Assembly: GCA_964634365.1 (NCBI GenBank)
Contig: CAZWJU010000002.1
Location: 167,150 to 231,149, forward strand
DNA from: an uncultured Candidatus Saccharibacteria bacterium
GTDB lineage: Bacteria; Patescibacteriota; Minisyncoccia; Phycocordibacterales; UBA9973
Reading direction: 5' to 3'
DNA: 64,000 nt
Shown: positions 26,639-36,129 of the stretch, piece by piece
Layout of the letters: every line of letters begins with the position of its first letter
How positions within the stretch are numbered: the stretch's first letter is position 1
Notes under the pieces: generated by a model
The model's input: the letters and a program-made list of their open reading frames with translations, nothing else
Told to the model about the DNA's origin: nothing
Database searches by the model: none
Translations under genes and position numbers: made by a program

Positions 26639-27985
26639 ATGATGGAAAACAAACAACTTTGGGAAACATGCTTATCTGAGATTGAACAGTCTGTTTCTAG
26701 GGCAAATTTCAGTACATGGTTTAAAAATACTTCTATTACTAAACAAGATTCTGGAACCGCTTATATTGGTGTCCCAAATGAATTCGTAAAAGATTGGCTT
26801 TTCAATAAATATCACAAGTTAATACTTAAAACTCTTATGAATCATTCAGAAAATGTTCGTGGTATTGAGTTTGTTATAGTAAAACATGATATAAGGCAAA
26901 AAATAGAAGATATAGAGCAGAAATCAATCTTAAACAAAGAACTGCCTCTGGCTGATCTATATATAAACAAAGAAGATAATCTTAATCCAAGATATATATT
27001 TGATGGATTTATTGTTGGAGGGTTCAATGAACTAGCTTTTGCAGCCTCACAAGCTATTGTAAGCAAGCCTGGAACAAGTTATAACCCATTTTTCGTATAT
27101 GGAGGTACAGGACTTGGTAAAACGCATTTAATCCAAGCAATAGGTAATACTATTAAAACAAAATACCCAGAAAAAAGGGTGCATTATATAACTCTTGAAA
27201 AATTTGCTACTGATCTAATAAACTCTTTTCAAACAAATAAAGCCAATTCATTTAAAGAAAAGTATAGAAAATACGATGTTTTGATTATTGATGATATCCA
27301 GTTTGTAGGGAAGATGGAAAAAACTCAAGAAGAACTTTTTCATACATTTAATACTTTTTATGAAAATAATAAACAAATAATATTTTCATCAGACAAACAC
27401 CCTAATTATATCCCGGGATTAGAAGACCGTATGAAGTCTAGATTTCAAGCTGGAATGATTATAGATATAGGCGAACCTGAATATGAATCTAGATTAGCTA
27501 TACTTAAAGCTAAAGTAAAAGAGCAGGGTGTACCTATAAACGATGATGTTGTTGATTTTATAGCTTCTTCTATAAATGGATCTATTCGTGAACTTGAAGG
27601 TAGTCTAAATGCTATAGTTTGCCAAACTAGATTGAAAAATAAAGAGATTTCTTTAACAGAGGCAAAGAATTTGATTAAAAACAATATTAGACCAAAGAAA
27701 AGTGTCTCTATAGACGAAGTGGTTAAAGTAGTTGCTCAGTTTTATAATATAGATGAATCTACTGTATACGAAAAAACACGTAGAAAAGAGATTGTTAAAA
27801 CGAGACAAATGATAATGTACCTTCTTCGTGAAGATTTTAACGTTTCATATCCATTGATAGGTCAAAAACTAGGTGGAAAAGATCACACAACAGTTATACA
27901 TTCTTTCTTGAAGATAAAAGACGATCTAAAAACAAACCAAACATTGGCGCAGGAATTAGAACAGATAAGAGTTATGTTTAAATAA
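26639..27985 (+). CDS. dnaA: Chromosomal replication initiator DnaA (start at MMENKQLWE; the ORF-track N-terminal 48 codons are likely non-coding leader)
   Basis: Walker A GGTGLGKTHL, DnaA signature ...DDIQF, sensor, C-terminal HTH (VKTRQMIMYLLRE...DHTTV). Confidence 0.95.
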   Translation: MMENKQLWETCLSEIEQSVSRANFSTWFKNTSITKQDSGTAYIGVPNEFVKDWLFNKYHKLILKTLMNHSENVRGIEFVIVKHDIRQKIEDIEQKSILNKELPLADLYINKEDNLNPRYIFDGFIVGGFNELAFAASQAIVSKPGTSYNPFFVYGGTGLGKTHLIQAIGNTIKTKYPEKRVHYITLEKFATDLINSFQTNKANSFKEKYRKYDVLIIDDIQFVGKMEKTQEELFHTFNTFYENNKQIIFSSDKHPNYIPGLEDRMKSRFQAGMIIDIGEPEYESRLAILKAKVKEQGVPINDDVVDFIASSINGSIRELEGSLNAIVCQTRLKNKEISLTEAKNLIKNNIRPKKSVSIDEVVKVVAQFYNIDESTVYEKTRRKEIVKTRQMIMYLLREDFNVSYPLIGQKLGGKDHTTVIHSFLKIKDDLKTNQTLAQELEQIRVMFK

Positions 27986-28194
27986 TGTTAATAACTGTTT
28001 AAAACGTGTAGATAAAAATATGATAAATAAATTAAAAACTCAATTTATTTTTATAAACACAAGATTAAACATAAAAATTATATTTTAAATATGATAAATA
28101 AATTAAAAATAACTTTATATATCAAGATTAAATATAGATATCCACATATCCACAGGGCTAATATAAGTATTTAATTAAATAAAAAGAAAATACT
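27986..28194. promoter_or_regulatory. oriC candidate: AT-rich dnaA-dnaN spacer with two tandem DnaA-box-like 9-mers (ATATCCACA at 28138-28155) and a 22-bp direct repeat AATATGATAAATAAATTAAAAA x2 (28018-28040, 28089-28111)
   Basis: Read directly from sequence; canonical position between dnaA and dnaN. Confidence 0.6.
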
Positions 28195-29292
28195 ATGAAT
28201 ATAAATACTACTGCAAAAAAAATAAAACAAGCTATAAACTTTACAGAAAAGATAACTGGTAAAAATCTAACATTACCTATTCTAAGTTCTATTCTCATTA
28301 TAGCTTCAGGTAAAACTCTTAAATTTAGATCAACAAACCTAAATCTAGGTATAGAAGTTGATATACCAGTAAAAGTAGTGAAAGACGGTGTTGTGGCTGT
28401 AAGAGGGGACGTTTTATCTCAAATATTTTCAACAATACAAGACAATGAAGATATAGAACTAAAACAAGAAAATGATAACTTATTGATAGTAACTAAAAAC
28501 AATCAGCTGTTAATAAAATCTAATTCTTATGAAGATTTTCCAACAATACCAGTTGTTTCTGGTGATAAACATATATTGAATTCAAAAAAAATAGTAGAAG
28601 GTATAAAATCAGTAGTTTATAGCTGTTCTATATCAGAAATAAAACCAGAAATGGCTAGTGTTTACATATATTCTGATGATGGAAATCTAGTTTTTGTAGC
28701 TACAGATTCATTTAGACTTGCAGAGAAAAAAATCAAATCAAAACATAGTACAGATTTTTCACCAATATTGATCCCTTTTAAAAATATAAATGAAATATTA
28801 AGGATATTAGAATCAACCTCTGAAGATATAGAGTGTGTAACCAGTAAAAATCAAATATCTTTCATGTTTGATGGTATATACATAACATCAAGGTTAATAG
28901 ATGGTGTTTTCCCAGATTATAAACAAATAATACCTAAAAATTTTACAACCGAAGTTGTTTTACTAAGACAAGATTTTTTAAATGCTTTAAAAATATCTAA
29001 TATATTTTCAGATAAATTTAATCAAATAACTTTCAATATAGACCCAAAAAGTAAAACATGTGAATTAAACGCTAGAAACAATGATATAGGGGAAAATAAA
29101 ACAAAAATTGACGCAACAATAGAAGGTGAACCAATTTCAATGAGCTTCAACTACAAGTATATTATCGATTGTTTTCAATCTATAAATCAAGATAGTCTAA
29201 CTTTAAAATTTAACGGCTCAAACAAACCGCTAATCATAAAAGGTGGTAGTGATCAAACATTTATATATTTAGTTATGCCTATGAATAGATAA
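28195..29292 (+). CDS. dnaN: DNA polymerase III beta sliding clamp
   Basis: 365 aa, three-domain clamp pattern; position after dnaA. Confidence 0.9.
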   Translation: MNINTTAKKIKQAINFTEKITGKNLTLPILSSILIIASGKTLKFRSTNLNLGIEVDIPVKVVKDGVVAVRGDVLSQIFSTIQDNEDIELKQENDNLLIVTKNNQLLIKSNSYEDFPTIPVVSGDKHILNSKKIVEGIKSVVYSCSISEIKPEMASVYIYSDDGNLVFVATDSFRLAEKKIKSKHSTDFSPILIPFKNINEILRILESTSEDIECVTSKNQISFMFDGIYITSRLIDGVFPDYKQIIPKNFTTEVVLLRQDFLNALKISNIFSDKFNQITFNIDPKSKTCELNARNNDIGENKTKIDATIEGEPISMSFNYKYIIDCFQSINQDSLTLKFNGSNKPLIIKGGSDQTFIYLVMPMNR

Positions 29293-29294
29293 AA

Positions 29295-29555
29295 ATGTTC
29301 AATAATATTGAAAATTTTCTACTAAAAAGATTAAACCCAGCAATAGCGCACAATAATTTTTTAGTTAATATATCTCTGATAATTAAAAAAAATACAAATA
29401 TTGATATTTCTGAGAGAAAATTAAAAATAATAAATAAAACTTTATTTATTAAAACTAATCCAATAAGAAAACAAGAAATTTTACTTAAAAAAGATAAAAT
29501 AATCTTAGATATTAAGGATTTAAATTATAAAACAGATATTGATAATATAGCCTAA
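29295..29555 (+). CDS. Questionable small ORF (86 aa, low complexity, AT-rich)
   Basis: Only ORF-track support; overlaps 3' end of the convergent PBP gene. Confidence 0.2.
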   Translation: MFNNIENFLLKRLNPAIAHNNFLVNISLIIKKNTNIDISERKLKIINKTLFIKTNPIRKQEILLKKDKIILDIKDLNYKTDIDNIA

Positions 29556-32065
29556 TTTATATCTATATTGATAGATATATTTTTTTTATTGTATACAGTA
29601 TCGTAAACTATTGCATTTAAAGTATGATTTCCTTTTGAAATGTTACTTTCTGAAGGTATAAATACAAAGTCTTTTGCATTACTAGTTCCTAAAAATATAT
29701 TGTCTACAAATATATCAAATTTTTGAAAAGGATATGTACCATCATAGTCTAGATTTACACTGAGTGGTAAAGTTTGAGAATACTGCACTCCATTTTTAGG
29801 ATTTGAAAAAGAAACATCAGGAATATTATTTTCTGTGTGAATATTGTCGTAAGTCGTTGGTATTTCATCTATAGAAACACTGTTGTATAGATATTTATTT
29901 TTCATCCACCAATCCTGCACTGTTGTTTCCCAGCGTAAATACTGTGAATCATCACTAGGATTTGCTGGAATAGGACCTCTTGGGTTATTTTTATTTACCC
30001 AATGAAGTATGTCGTGTACATTTGTAACAACTATTTCTTTTCTTGTTTCTGGTGGAGTAAAATCAGTAGCAAGCTTACCAGAAATAGTATCTATTACATA
30101 GCTTTCTCCTCCCATCCACTCTCCTCTTAGTATTGGTTTTAGTATATTTGGATCATTTTCTATAATAGGTTTTTCAAAATCTTCTTGAGGGATTGCTTTT
30201 AGTGCTATATTCATAAATTCATTCCACATTGGGCCAGATATAGAAGAACCTTTTTTCATAGGCTTATTATCATTGTTTCCTGACCAAACACCAACAACTA
30301 CAGATGGAGTATATCCAATCAACCAAGCATCTTTATTATTGTTTGTAGTTCCTGTTTTTGCTGCTACTTCATATCCAGGGAATACCATAAATGAATTTGA
30401 TCCAAAGAGTGGAGTTCTAGCCACATTGTCTGCCAATATATCTGAAATAGTTAAAGCTACATTACTATCTAGAGCATTTGTTGGGTTTTCTTTGAATTCT
30501 TCCAGTACTTGCCCATCATGGTCTTCTATTTTCAATACTCCATTATAAGGATTTCTAATGCCTTTATTTGCAAAAACACTATAACTAGAAACCATATCAA
30601 GCAAACTAACTTCTCCACCTCCAAGTACAAGGGTTAAACCATAAACACTTGCATCTGATAGTGTTGTTATTCCCATAGTTCTAGCTGTTGCTATAGAGTC
30701 TTGTACGCCTGCTAAATATAAAAGCTTAACAGATGTGACGTTTCTAGATTGCCCCAAAGAATTTCTTAGATTTATAGGACCAACATATTTACCATCATAG
30801 TTTTCAGGGCTATAACAATCATCCTGGCTGTTTCCAGGTAAAGCTACACCATAAGCATTACAACCACCCTGAAACTCAGTAGGAACATCAAATAAAACAG
30901 TATTTGCAGTATAGCCCTCTTTTAGTGCTGTGGCATATACAAAGGGTTTAAATGATGATCCTGGCTGTCTCTCGGCTGTTGCTATATTGAAGTTTCCATC
31001 TATCTCTTTATCAAAATAATCTCTAGAACCAACCATAACCAGTATTTGTCCTGTTTTTGGATCTATTGCAACCATACTTGCGTTACTTGCGTTCCAATCT
31101 ACTTCATTTTTTAAAGCATTTCTTTTTACTATTTCCTCAGCTTGTTCTTGTAGTGAATAATCCAAAGTAGTAATAACTTTTAACCCTCCGTTTTCTACAG
31201 CATCTTGCCCATATTGTTCTTCCAAGTACTCTTTTATAAAGAAAACAAAATGAGGAGCTTTTATACCCTTACCTTCTACAGTCTTAAATTCAACAACCTC
31301 TGCTTTTGCTGTTTGGTATGTCACCTCGTCAATCATCCCAATTTCTAACATTCTGGATAGGACTGTGTTTTTTCTATCGTCTAACTTATCTCTATGCTGA
31401 CCAAAAGGTGAGTAATATGTAGGTGCTTTTGGTATTGCAGCCAAGTAGGCCGCTTCTGCTAAAGTTAAATCTATTGGGTTTTTGTTGAAAAATGTTTTTG
31501 AAGCTTCTTGTACACCGTAAATACTTCCTCCATAAGGTGCGTCATTTAGATAAACAGCAAGTATTTCATCTTTACTCATAACCCCATCTAGTTTTATAGC
31601 CAAAATCCATTCTTTGAATTTTCTAGTTATTGTTTTTTCAGTAGTAAGTAGAGTATTTTTAATTACTTGTTGAGTTATAGTAGAGCCACCTTGTGAAAAA
31701 TCTCCACTAAAAATATTTGCAATAATTGCTCGAACAATAGAAGTTGGTCTAATACCATTGTGTTCATAAAAAGAAGAATCTTCTATTGCAATTGTTGCGT
31801 TTTTTATATTTTCACCCATTTGCTCATAAGGTATAACTGTACGTCTGAAATCCTGATGAACATCATAAAGCAAAACCTCACCTGTTCTATCGTATATTTT
31901 GGTCGAACGAGCAATCTTACGCTCTTCAAAAGATTTAAAATCTGGTAGCTCTATAGTAGATAGCCAAACAGCTCCAATAGAGCAAAAAAGCACAAAAAAT
32001 GTCCCAACAATAAATAAAATACTTCTTTTTTTATGATTCATATGGAGTTTATTCATATTTAGCAA
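29552..32065 (-). CDS. mrcA: Class A penicillin-binding protein (PBP1A: GT51 transglycosylase + transpeptidase) with C-terminal extension
   Basis: GT51 motifs (EDSSFYEHNGI, GGSTITQQ), transpeptidase SSFKP active-site motif (SxxK), SXN and KTG(T) motifs; N-terminal TM. Confidence 0.85.
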   Translation of the reverse strand: MLNMNKLHMNHKKRSILFIVGTFFVLFCSIGAVWLSTIELPDFKSFEERKIARSTKIYDRTGEVLLYDVHQDFRRTVIPYEQMGENIKNATIAIEDSSFYEHNGIRPTSIVRAIIANIFSGDFSQGGSTITQQVIKNTLLTTEKTITRKFKEWILAIKLDGVMSKDEILAVYLNDAPYGGSIYGVQEASKTFFNKNPIDLTLAEAAYLAAIPKAPTYYSPFGQHRDKLDDRKNTVLSRMLEIGMIDEVTYQTAKAEVVEFKTVEGKGIKAPHFVFFIKEYLEEQYGQDAVENGGLKVITTLDYSLQEQAEEIVKRNALKNEVDWNASNASMVAIDPKTGQILVMVGSRDYFDKEIDGNFNIATAERQPGSSFKPFVYATALKEGYTANTVLFDVPTEFQGGCNAYGVALPGNSQDDCYSPENYDGKYVGPINLRNSLGQSRNVTSVKLLYLAGVQDSIATARTMGITTLSDASVYGLTLVLGGGEVSLLDMVSSYSVFANKGIRNPYNGVLKIEDHDGQVLEEFKENPTNALDSNVALTISDILADNVARTPLFGSNSFMVFPGYEVAAKTGTTNNNKDAWLIGYTPSVVVGVWSGNNDNKPMKKGSSISGPMWNEFMNIALKAIPQEDFEKPIIENDPNILKPILRGEWMGGESYVIDTISGKLATDFTPPETRKEIVVTNVHDILHWVNKNNPRGPIPANPSDDSQYLRWETTVQDWWMKNKYLYNSVSIDEIPTTYDNIHTENNIPDVSFSNPKNGVQYSQTLPLSVNLDYDGTYPFQKFDIFVDNIFLGTSNAKDFVFIPSESNISKGNHTLNAIVYDTVYNKKNISINIDIN

Positions 32066-32125
32066 TCATAACACAATATCCATATACATAAAGACATAAA
32101 ACCACAAATATGCTAAAGTGTTCTT

Positions 32126-33334
32126 ATGAAAGTTATAGTAGATGAAGCAAAAATAGATGAAATATTGAGCCGTGGAGTTCATGAAGTTTTTACAAAAGAA
32201 GAACTAAAAAAGAAGCTAATGAGCGGCAAACAATTGCATATAAAACTCGGTACAGATGTAACCGGAGCTTTTTTGCATCTTGGACACTCTGTTTTACATA
32301 GAAAAGTTAGAGATTTTCAAGAGCTTGGACATAAAGTAACTTTGATAGTGGGTGATTTCACAACCCTAGTTGGAGATCATTCTGACAAGGTTGATATGAG
32401 AGCTGATATAACAGAAGATCAGATAAAGAAAAACCAAAAAGGTTGGGAGAAACAATTCTATAAAACAATAATTAAAAAATCTTCAAAGATAAAGAAAAAT
32501 TCAGAGTGGCTTAAAAAACTTACATTTAAAGATGTTTTGAATCTAACAAAGCAATTTACTGTTTCTCAGATGTTAGATAGAGAAACTTTTCTACTAAGAT
32601 ATAACTCTGGGAAACCAATTGGTTTAGATGAGTTTCTATACCCACTAATGCAAGGCTATGATTCTGTTGCTATAAAATGCGATGTAGAAATTGGAGCAAC
32701 AGACCAAACCTTCAATCTTTTGGCCGGAAGAAGGCTTATGGAAGCATTTTCTATAAAACCACAGTCTGCTTTGGTTATGAAACTTTTAGTTGGTAGCGAT
32801 GGAAGACCGATGGGGAAGAGTTTGCAAAATTTTATTGCAATAAGCGAAGACCCAAACGAAATGTACGGTAAAATAATGTCTATCGTCGATTCTGTAATAT
32901 TTGAATATTTCGAGCTTGTAACAAGAGTTCCTATGCAAAAAATAGAAGAAATGAAAAAAGCTGTTTCAAACGGCGAAAACCCAATGATATACAAAAAGAT
33001 ATTGGCAAAAGAAATAGTTGGTTTTTACCACGGAGAAGATTCTGCAAAAAAAGCCGAAGAAGCTTTTGAAAATACTTTTAGTAAAGGCGAAATTCCAGAA
33101 GATATCAAAAAAGTAACTGTAAAAATAAAAATGCCTCTTGTTGATATTTTGATTAAAAACGGTATGGTTTCTTCTAAATCAGAATTCAGAAGACTGGTAG
33201 AAGAGGGCGCAATAAAACTTCATGTAAACATGGAAGAAAAGAAAATAATAGACCCAAATACTCTAATAGAAGGCGATGGAGCTATAAAAATTGGTAAAAA
33301 AAGGTTTATACATATAACTGTTCAGAAAAAATAA
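32126..33334 (+). CDS. tyrS: Tyrosyl-tRNA synthetase (class I, C-terminal S4 domain)
   Basis: HLGH (HIGH) motif, KMGKS-like (PMGKSLQN), C-terminal S4 EFRRLVEEGAIKL; terminator aacccactttgtgggtt at 33337-33360. Confidence 0.8.
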   Translation: MKVIVDEAKIDEILSRGVHEVFTKEELKKKLMSGKQLHIKLGTDVTGAFLHLGHSVLHRKVRDFQELGHKVTLIVGDFTTLVGDHSDKVDMRADITEDQIKKNQKGWEKQFYKTIIKKSSKIKKNSEWLKKLTFKDVLNLTKQFTVSQMLDRETFLLRYNSGKPIGLDEFLYPLMQGYDSVAIKCDVEIGATDQTFNLLAGRRLMEAFSIKPQSALVMKLLVGSDGRPMGKSLQNFIAISEDPNEMYGKIMSIVDSVIFEYFELVTRVPMQKIEEMKKAVSNGENPMIYKKILAKEIVGFYHGEDSAKKAEEAFENTFSKGEIPEDIKKVTVKIKMPLVDILIKNGMVSSKSEFRRLVEEGAIKLHVNMEEKKIIDPNTLIEGDGAIKIGKKRFIHITVQKK

Positions 33335-33362
33335 AAAACCCACTTTGTGGGTTTTTTATTTT

Positions 33363-33518
33363 TTAATATGATTCGTCTTCATCTTCTCCGTCTTCTCCAT
33401 CTTCTTCTGCAATAACGTCATCTATAGATAAAAGATCTTCATCTAAAGCGTCGTCTCCATCTAGAGCTTCAAGAAGGTCTTCTTCGTTTAAATCCTTATC
33501 TTCTTCTTCGTTGTACAT
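33363..33518 (-). CDS. Possible small highly acidic protein (51 aa: MYNEEEDKDLNEEDLLEALDGDDALDEDLLSIDDVIAEEDGEDGEDEDESY)
   Basis: Hand translation of minus strand; absent from ORF track; codon-level periodicity of GAA/GAT repeats. Confidence 0.3.
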   Translation of the reverse strand: MYNEEEDKDLNEEDLLEALDGDDALDEDLLSIDDVIAEEDGEDGEDEDESY

Positions 33519-33630
33519 GTACGATTAATTTAAATTTATAAATTAGATCACACTGTTTTGTGTGCCTCAGGTATTTTTATCAAATGCACTTTATATTTGC
33601 AAGAAAAAAAGCCCTTTTTTGTGGATAACT

Positions 33631-34113
33631 TTATCTATTTTTATACTTGATTGTTGCAGATAGGGTAAGTGCTATCGCTATAGCATCTACTTCGTCATCT
33701 TTCATTTTTTTTGCGCCTAAATCTATTAGCTTAGGAACCATTTTGGCCACATCGTTTTTTGTTGCTTTTCCAAAACCTGCTGCTGCCATCTTTATTTCCA
33801 TGGGTGTAAATTCATAAATTGGAACTTTGGCTTTTTGTGATTCGTATAATATAACCCCACGTGCCTCTGCTACGTTCATGGCTGTTTTTTGGTTTACGGT
33901 CATGTATAATTTTTCGATACTTGTATAATCCGGTTTGTATTTTTCTATACACAAAGATATTTTTTTTCCGATCATAAAAAGTCTTTCCGCGAAAGAATCT
34001 TTTTTGTTTGTTTCAAAACACTCAGAATACACTAAAGTTTCTTTCCCTTTTTCGCCTTTGTCTACTATAGCTATTCCCAGTCGATCAAACCCAGGATCTA
34101 TTCCAAGTATTCT
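33631..34113 (-). CDS. ruvC: Holliday junction resolvase RuvC (start at MRILGIDPG; frame extends to 34152)
   Basis: ILGIDPGFDRLGIAIV catalytic Asp motif and C-terminal DAIAIAL. Confidence 0.85.
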   Translation of the reverse strand, partial: RILGIDPGFDRLGIAIVDKGEKGKETLVYSECFETNKKDSFAERLFMIGKKISLCIEKYKPDYTSIEKLYMTVNQKTAMNVAEARGVILYESQKAKVPIYEFTPMEIKMAAAGFGKATKNDVAKMVPKLIDLGAKKMKDDEVDAIAIALTLSATIKYKNR

Positions 34114-34345
34114 CATGTATAGATTATGATTTATTAATATTAATTTTACCAATTGACAATAAAAGCATCTCTTGTTAGATTACATACCGAAATGTTTTTA
34201 TGGGGATCCTTCGGCCAAAGCTCCTGTAAAAAGGTGTGGAGGCTGAAGGTTTTAAAATAAATTCTGATAGTATTTATCAGAAAAACTTTGTTCTTTTCAT
34301 ACTTGAACAAAATGGGGGTTTCCTGGAAACGGGAAGCCCCCTATT

Positions 34346-35374
34346 TTATTTTTCTAATTCTTTGTATTCAAAACTCAAATGCTCATAGGCTTTTTTTGTT
34401 ACAACTCTCCCTCTCGGTGTTCTATCAAGCAAACCTCTTTGTATTAAATACGGCTCCACAACATCTTCTATGGTCGCCTCCTCTTCGCTTGTTGCTGCTG
34501 CAATAGTGTTTAGTCCAACAGGTCCACCTTCAAATTTTTCTATAATAGTAGTTAGTATAGATCTGTCTACTTCAGACAATCCAAGCTCGTCTATTCCAAG
34601 TAGAGAAAGAGCCAAGAATACGGTTTTTTTATCTAAATCTTTTTTGTGTACTTGAGCATAGTCTCGAACTCTTTTCAGAAAATAGTTTGCAGTACGTGGA
34701 GTAAATCTACTTCTTTTTGCAATTTCAGATACAGCTTCTCCCTCCAGTTCTACACCAAGAATTTTTGCAGATCTATTTATGATTTTTGATATCTCTTCTT
34801 CTTTGTAAAATTCTAGACGAAAAGTTCCTCCAGAAAATCTTGATCTAAGTGGAGCAGAAAGTAGTGCTATACGAGTTGTCGCTGCGATAAGTGTAAATGC
34901 AGGTAGGTCTAGTTGAATAGTTCTAGCTGAAGGTCCTTTGCCTATAATAATATCTAGAATCCCACTCTCCATTGCTGGATACAGAACTTCCTCAACCATT
35001 TTATTTAGTCTATGTATTTCGTCTATAAACAAAATATCTCCAGAAGAAAGGTTTGTTAATATAGAAGCTAGATCACCAACTTTTTCTATGGCCGGACCAG
35101 ATGTGATTTTTATCTGTCTGTTTGTTTCCTTGGCTATTAGATGGGCGAGAGTAGTTTTTCCAAGACCTGGTGGACCATAAAACAATATATGTTCTGCGGG
35201 GTGATTTCTCTCCTTTGCTGCGGTGAGTAATATACGCAAGTTTTCCTTGATTTGCTCTTGGCCGACGTACTCTTCCCATGTTTGTGGGCGCAAAGTTAGA
35301 TCAAGCCTAGTATCTGTATTTTCTCTCTTTTCTTCCATGTGGTAAGTATAACCCATACTGCCGGTAGTTGACAA
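34346..35374 (-). CDS. ruvB: Holliday junction branch-migration helicase RuvB
   Basis: [13 protein letters not shown], Walker [22 protein letters not shown], winged-helix C-terminus. Confidence 0.95.
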   Translation of the reverse strand: MSTTGSMGYTYHMEEKRENTDTRLDLTLRPQTWEEYVGQEQIKENLRILLTAAKERNHPAEHILFYGPPGLGKTTLAHLIAKETNRQIKITSGPAIEKVGDLASILTNLSSGDILFIDEIHRLNKMVEEVLYPAMESGILDIIIGKGPSARTIQLDLPAFTLIAATTRIALLSAPLRSRFSGGTFRLEFYKEEEISKIINRSAKILGVELEGEAVSEIAKRSRFTPRTANYFLKRVRDYAQVHKKDLDKKTVFLALSLLGIDELGLSEVDRSILTTIIEKFEGGPVGLNTIAAATSEEEATIEDVVEPYLIQRGLLDRTPRGRVVTKKAYEHLSFEYKELEK

Positions 35375-35734
35375 AAAAATTCTAATATGCTAAGATGTGT
35401 TTAGTTGTAACGACCTCGGTCGTGCAGGAAACATATAAAAGCCAACAAAATATAGGGCTTTTTATTTTTGCACTATTTTCCACACAATGTCCACAAGACG
35501 ATATTTTTTACGTCTAGGCAAGTGCAAAAGTATACGTATACTTATAAAGCGATCAGTTACTAAAGAGGACATAAATCTCTAAGCAATCAGATGAATTTCT
35601 ATATGTATTTGCGTAGGACGTTCTGGTACTATTTATAGACCACTGGGGCTATCCTTCAAAAATATGTTACTTACTAGGCCTAGCCTTTTAAGGATTGTTT
35701 AGAGATTTATGTTTTTTTTGTTTTAAAATAAAAA

Positions 35735-35770
35735 TCTAAAACCCGTCTCTGGCGGGGTTTATTTTTCTAA
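35735..35770. terminator. Hairpin aacccgtctctggcggggtt with flanking A/T runs
   Basis: Inverted repeat in long non-coding region. Confidence 0.4.
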
Positions 35771-35799
35771 TCGTTACTTTTTCAAAAAACAACTCACTT

Positions 35800-35889
35800 A
35801 ATAGTGTTTCAAAAGACACGAAAATTTACTGCTATAAATTTTCTTTGTTTCGCGCCGTCGCACTACACAGAGTCTTTTGAAACACTATT
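35800..35889. repeat. Hairpin element 1: perfect 18-bp inverted repeat AATAGTGTTTCAAAAGAC / GTCTTTTGAAACACTATT enclosing a 54-nt GC-richer loop (..cgcgccgtcgcac..)
   Basis: Read directly; lies in 750-bp gene-free region. Confidence 0.6.
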
Positions 35890-35954
35890 TGCGTTCGTCT
35901 AGATATGTAAATCTACAAGGCAAAGTTAGGCTCCAAGAATTCTAAATACACCAA

Positions 35955-36046
35955 TCCATACTTTTAAAAAGCCTAACGGAACGCGTCGGCGTGAGTTTGA
36001 GGGATTTTTCAGCAGAAAAATACCCGTGCTTTTTAAAAGTTATGGA
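35955..36046. repeat. Hairpin element 2: 18-bp near-perfect inverted repeat TCCATACTTTTAAAAAGC / GCTTTTTAAAAGTTATGGA enclosing a 55-nt loop (..cgcgtcggcgtga..)
   Basis: Read directly; same architecture and similar loop motif as element 1. Confidence 0.6.
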
Positions 36047-36129
36047 TAAAATAAAGTTTTCCGGAAACTGGGCTATGAGTTACTGCGAACTTAATATGGG
36101 TTACAAAAAATAAAAACCCTTACGGGTTT

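Noticed and set aside
34938-35279. 80-aa and 68-aa ORFs inside ruvB
   Set aside because: Shadow ORFs in alternative frames of ruvB.
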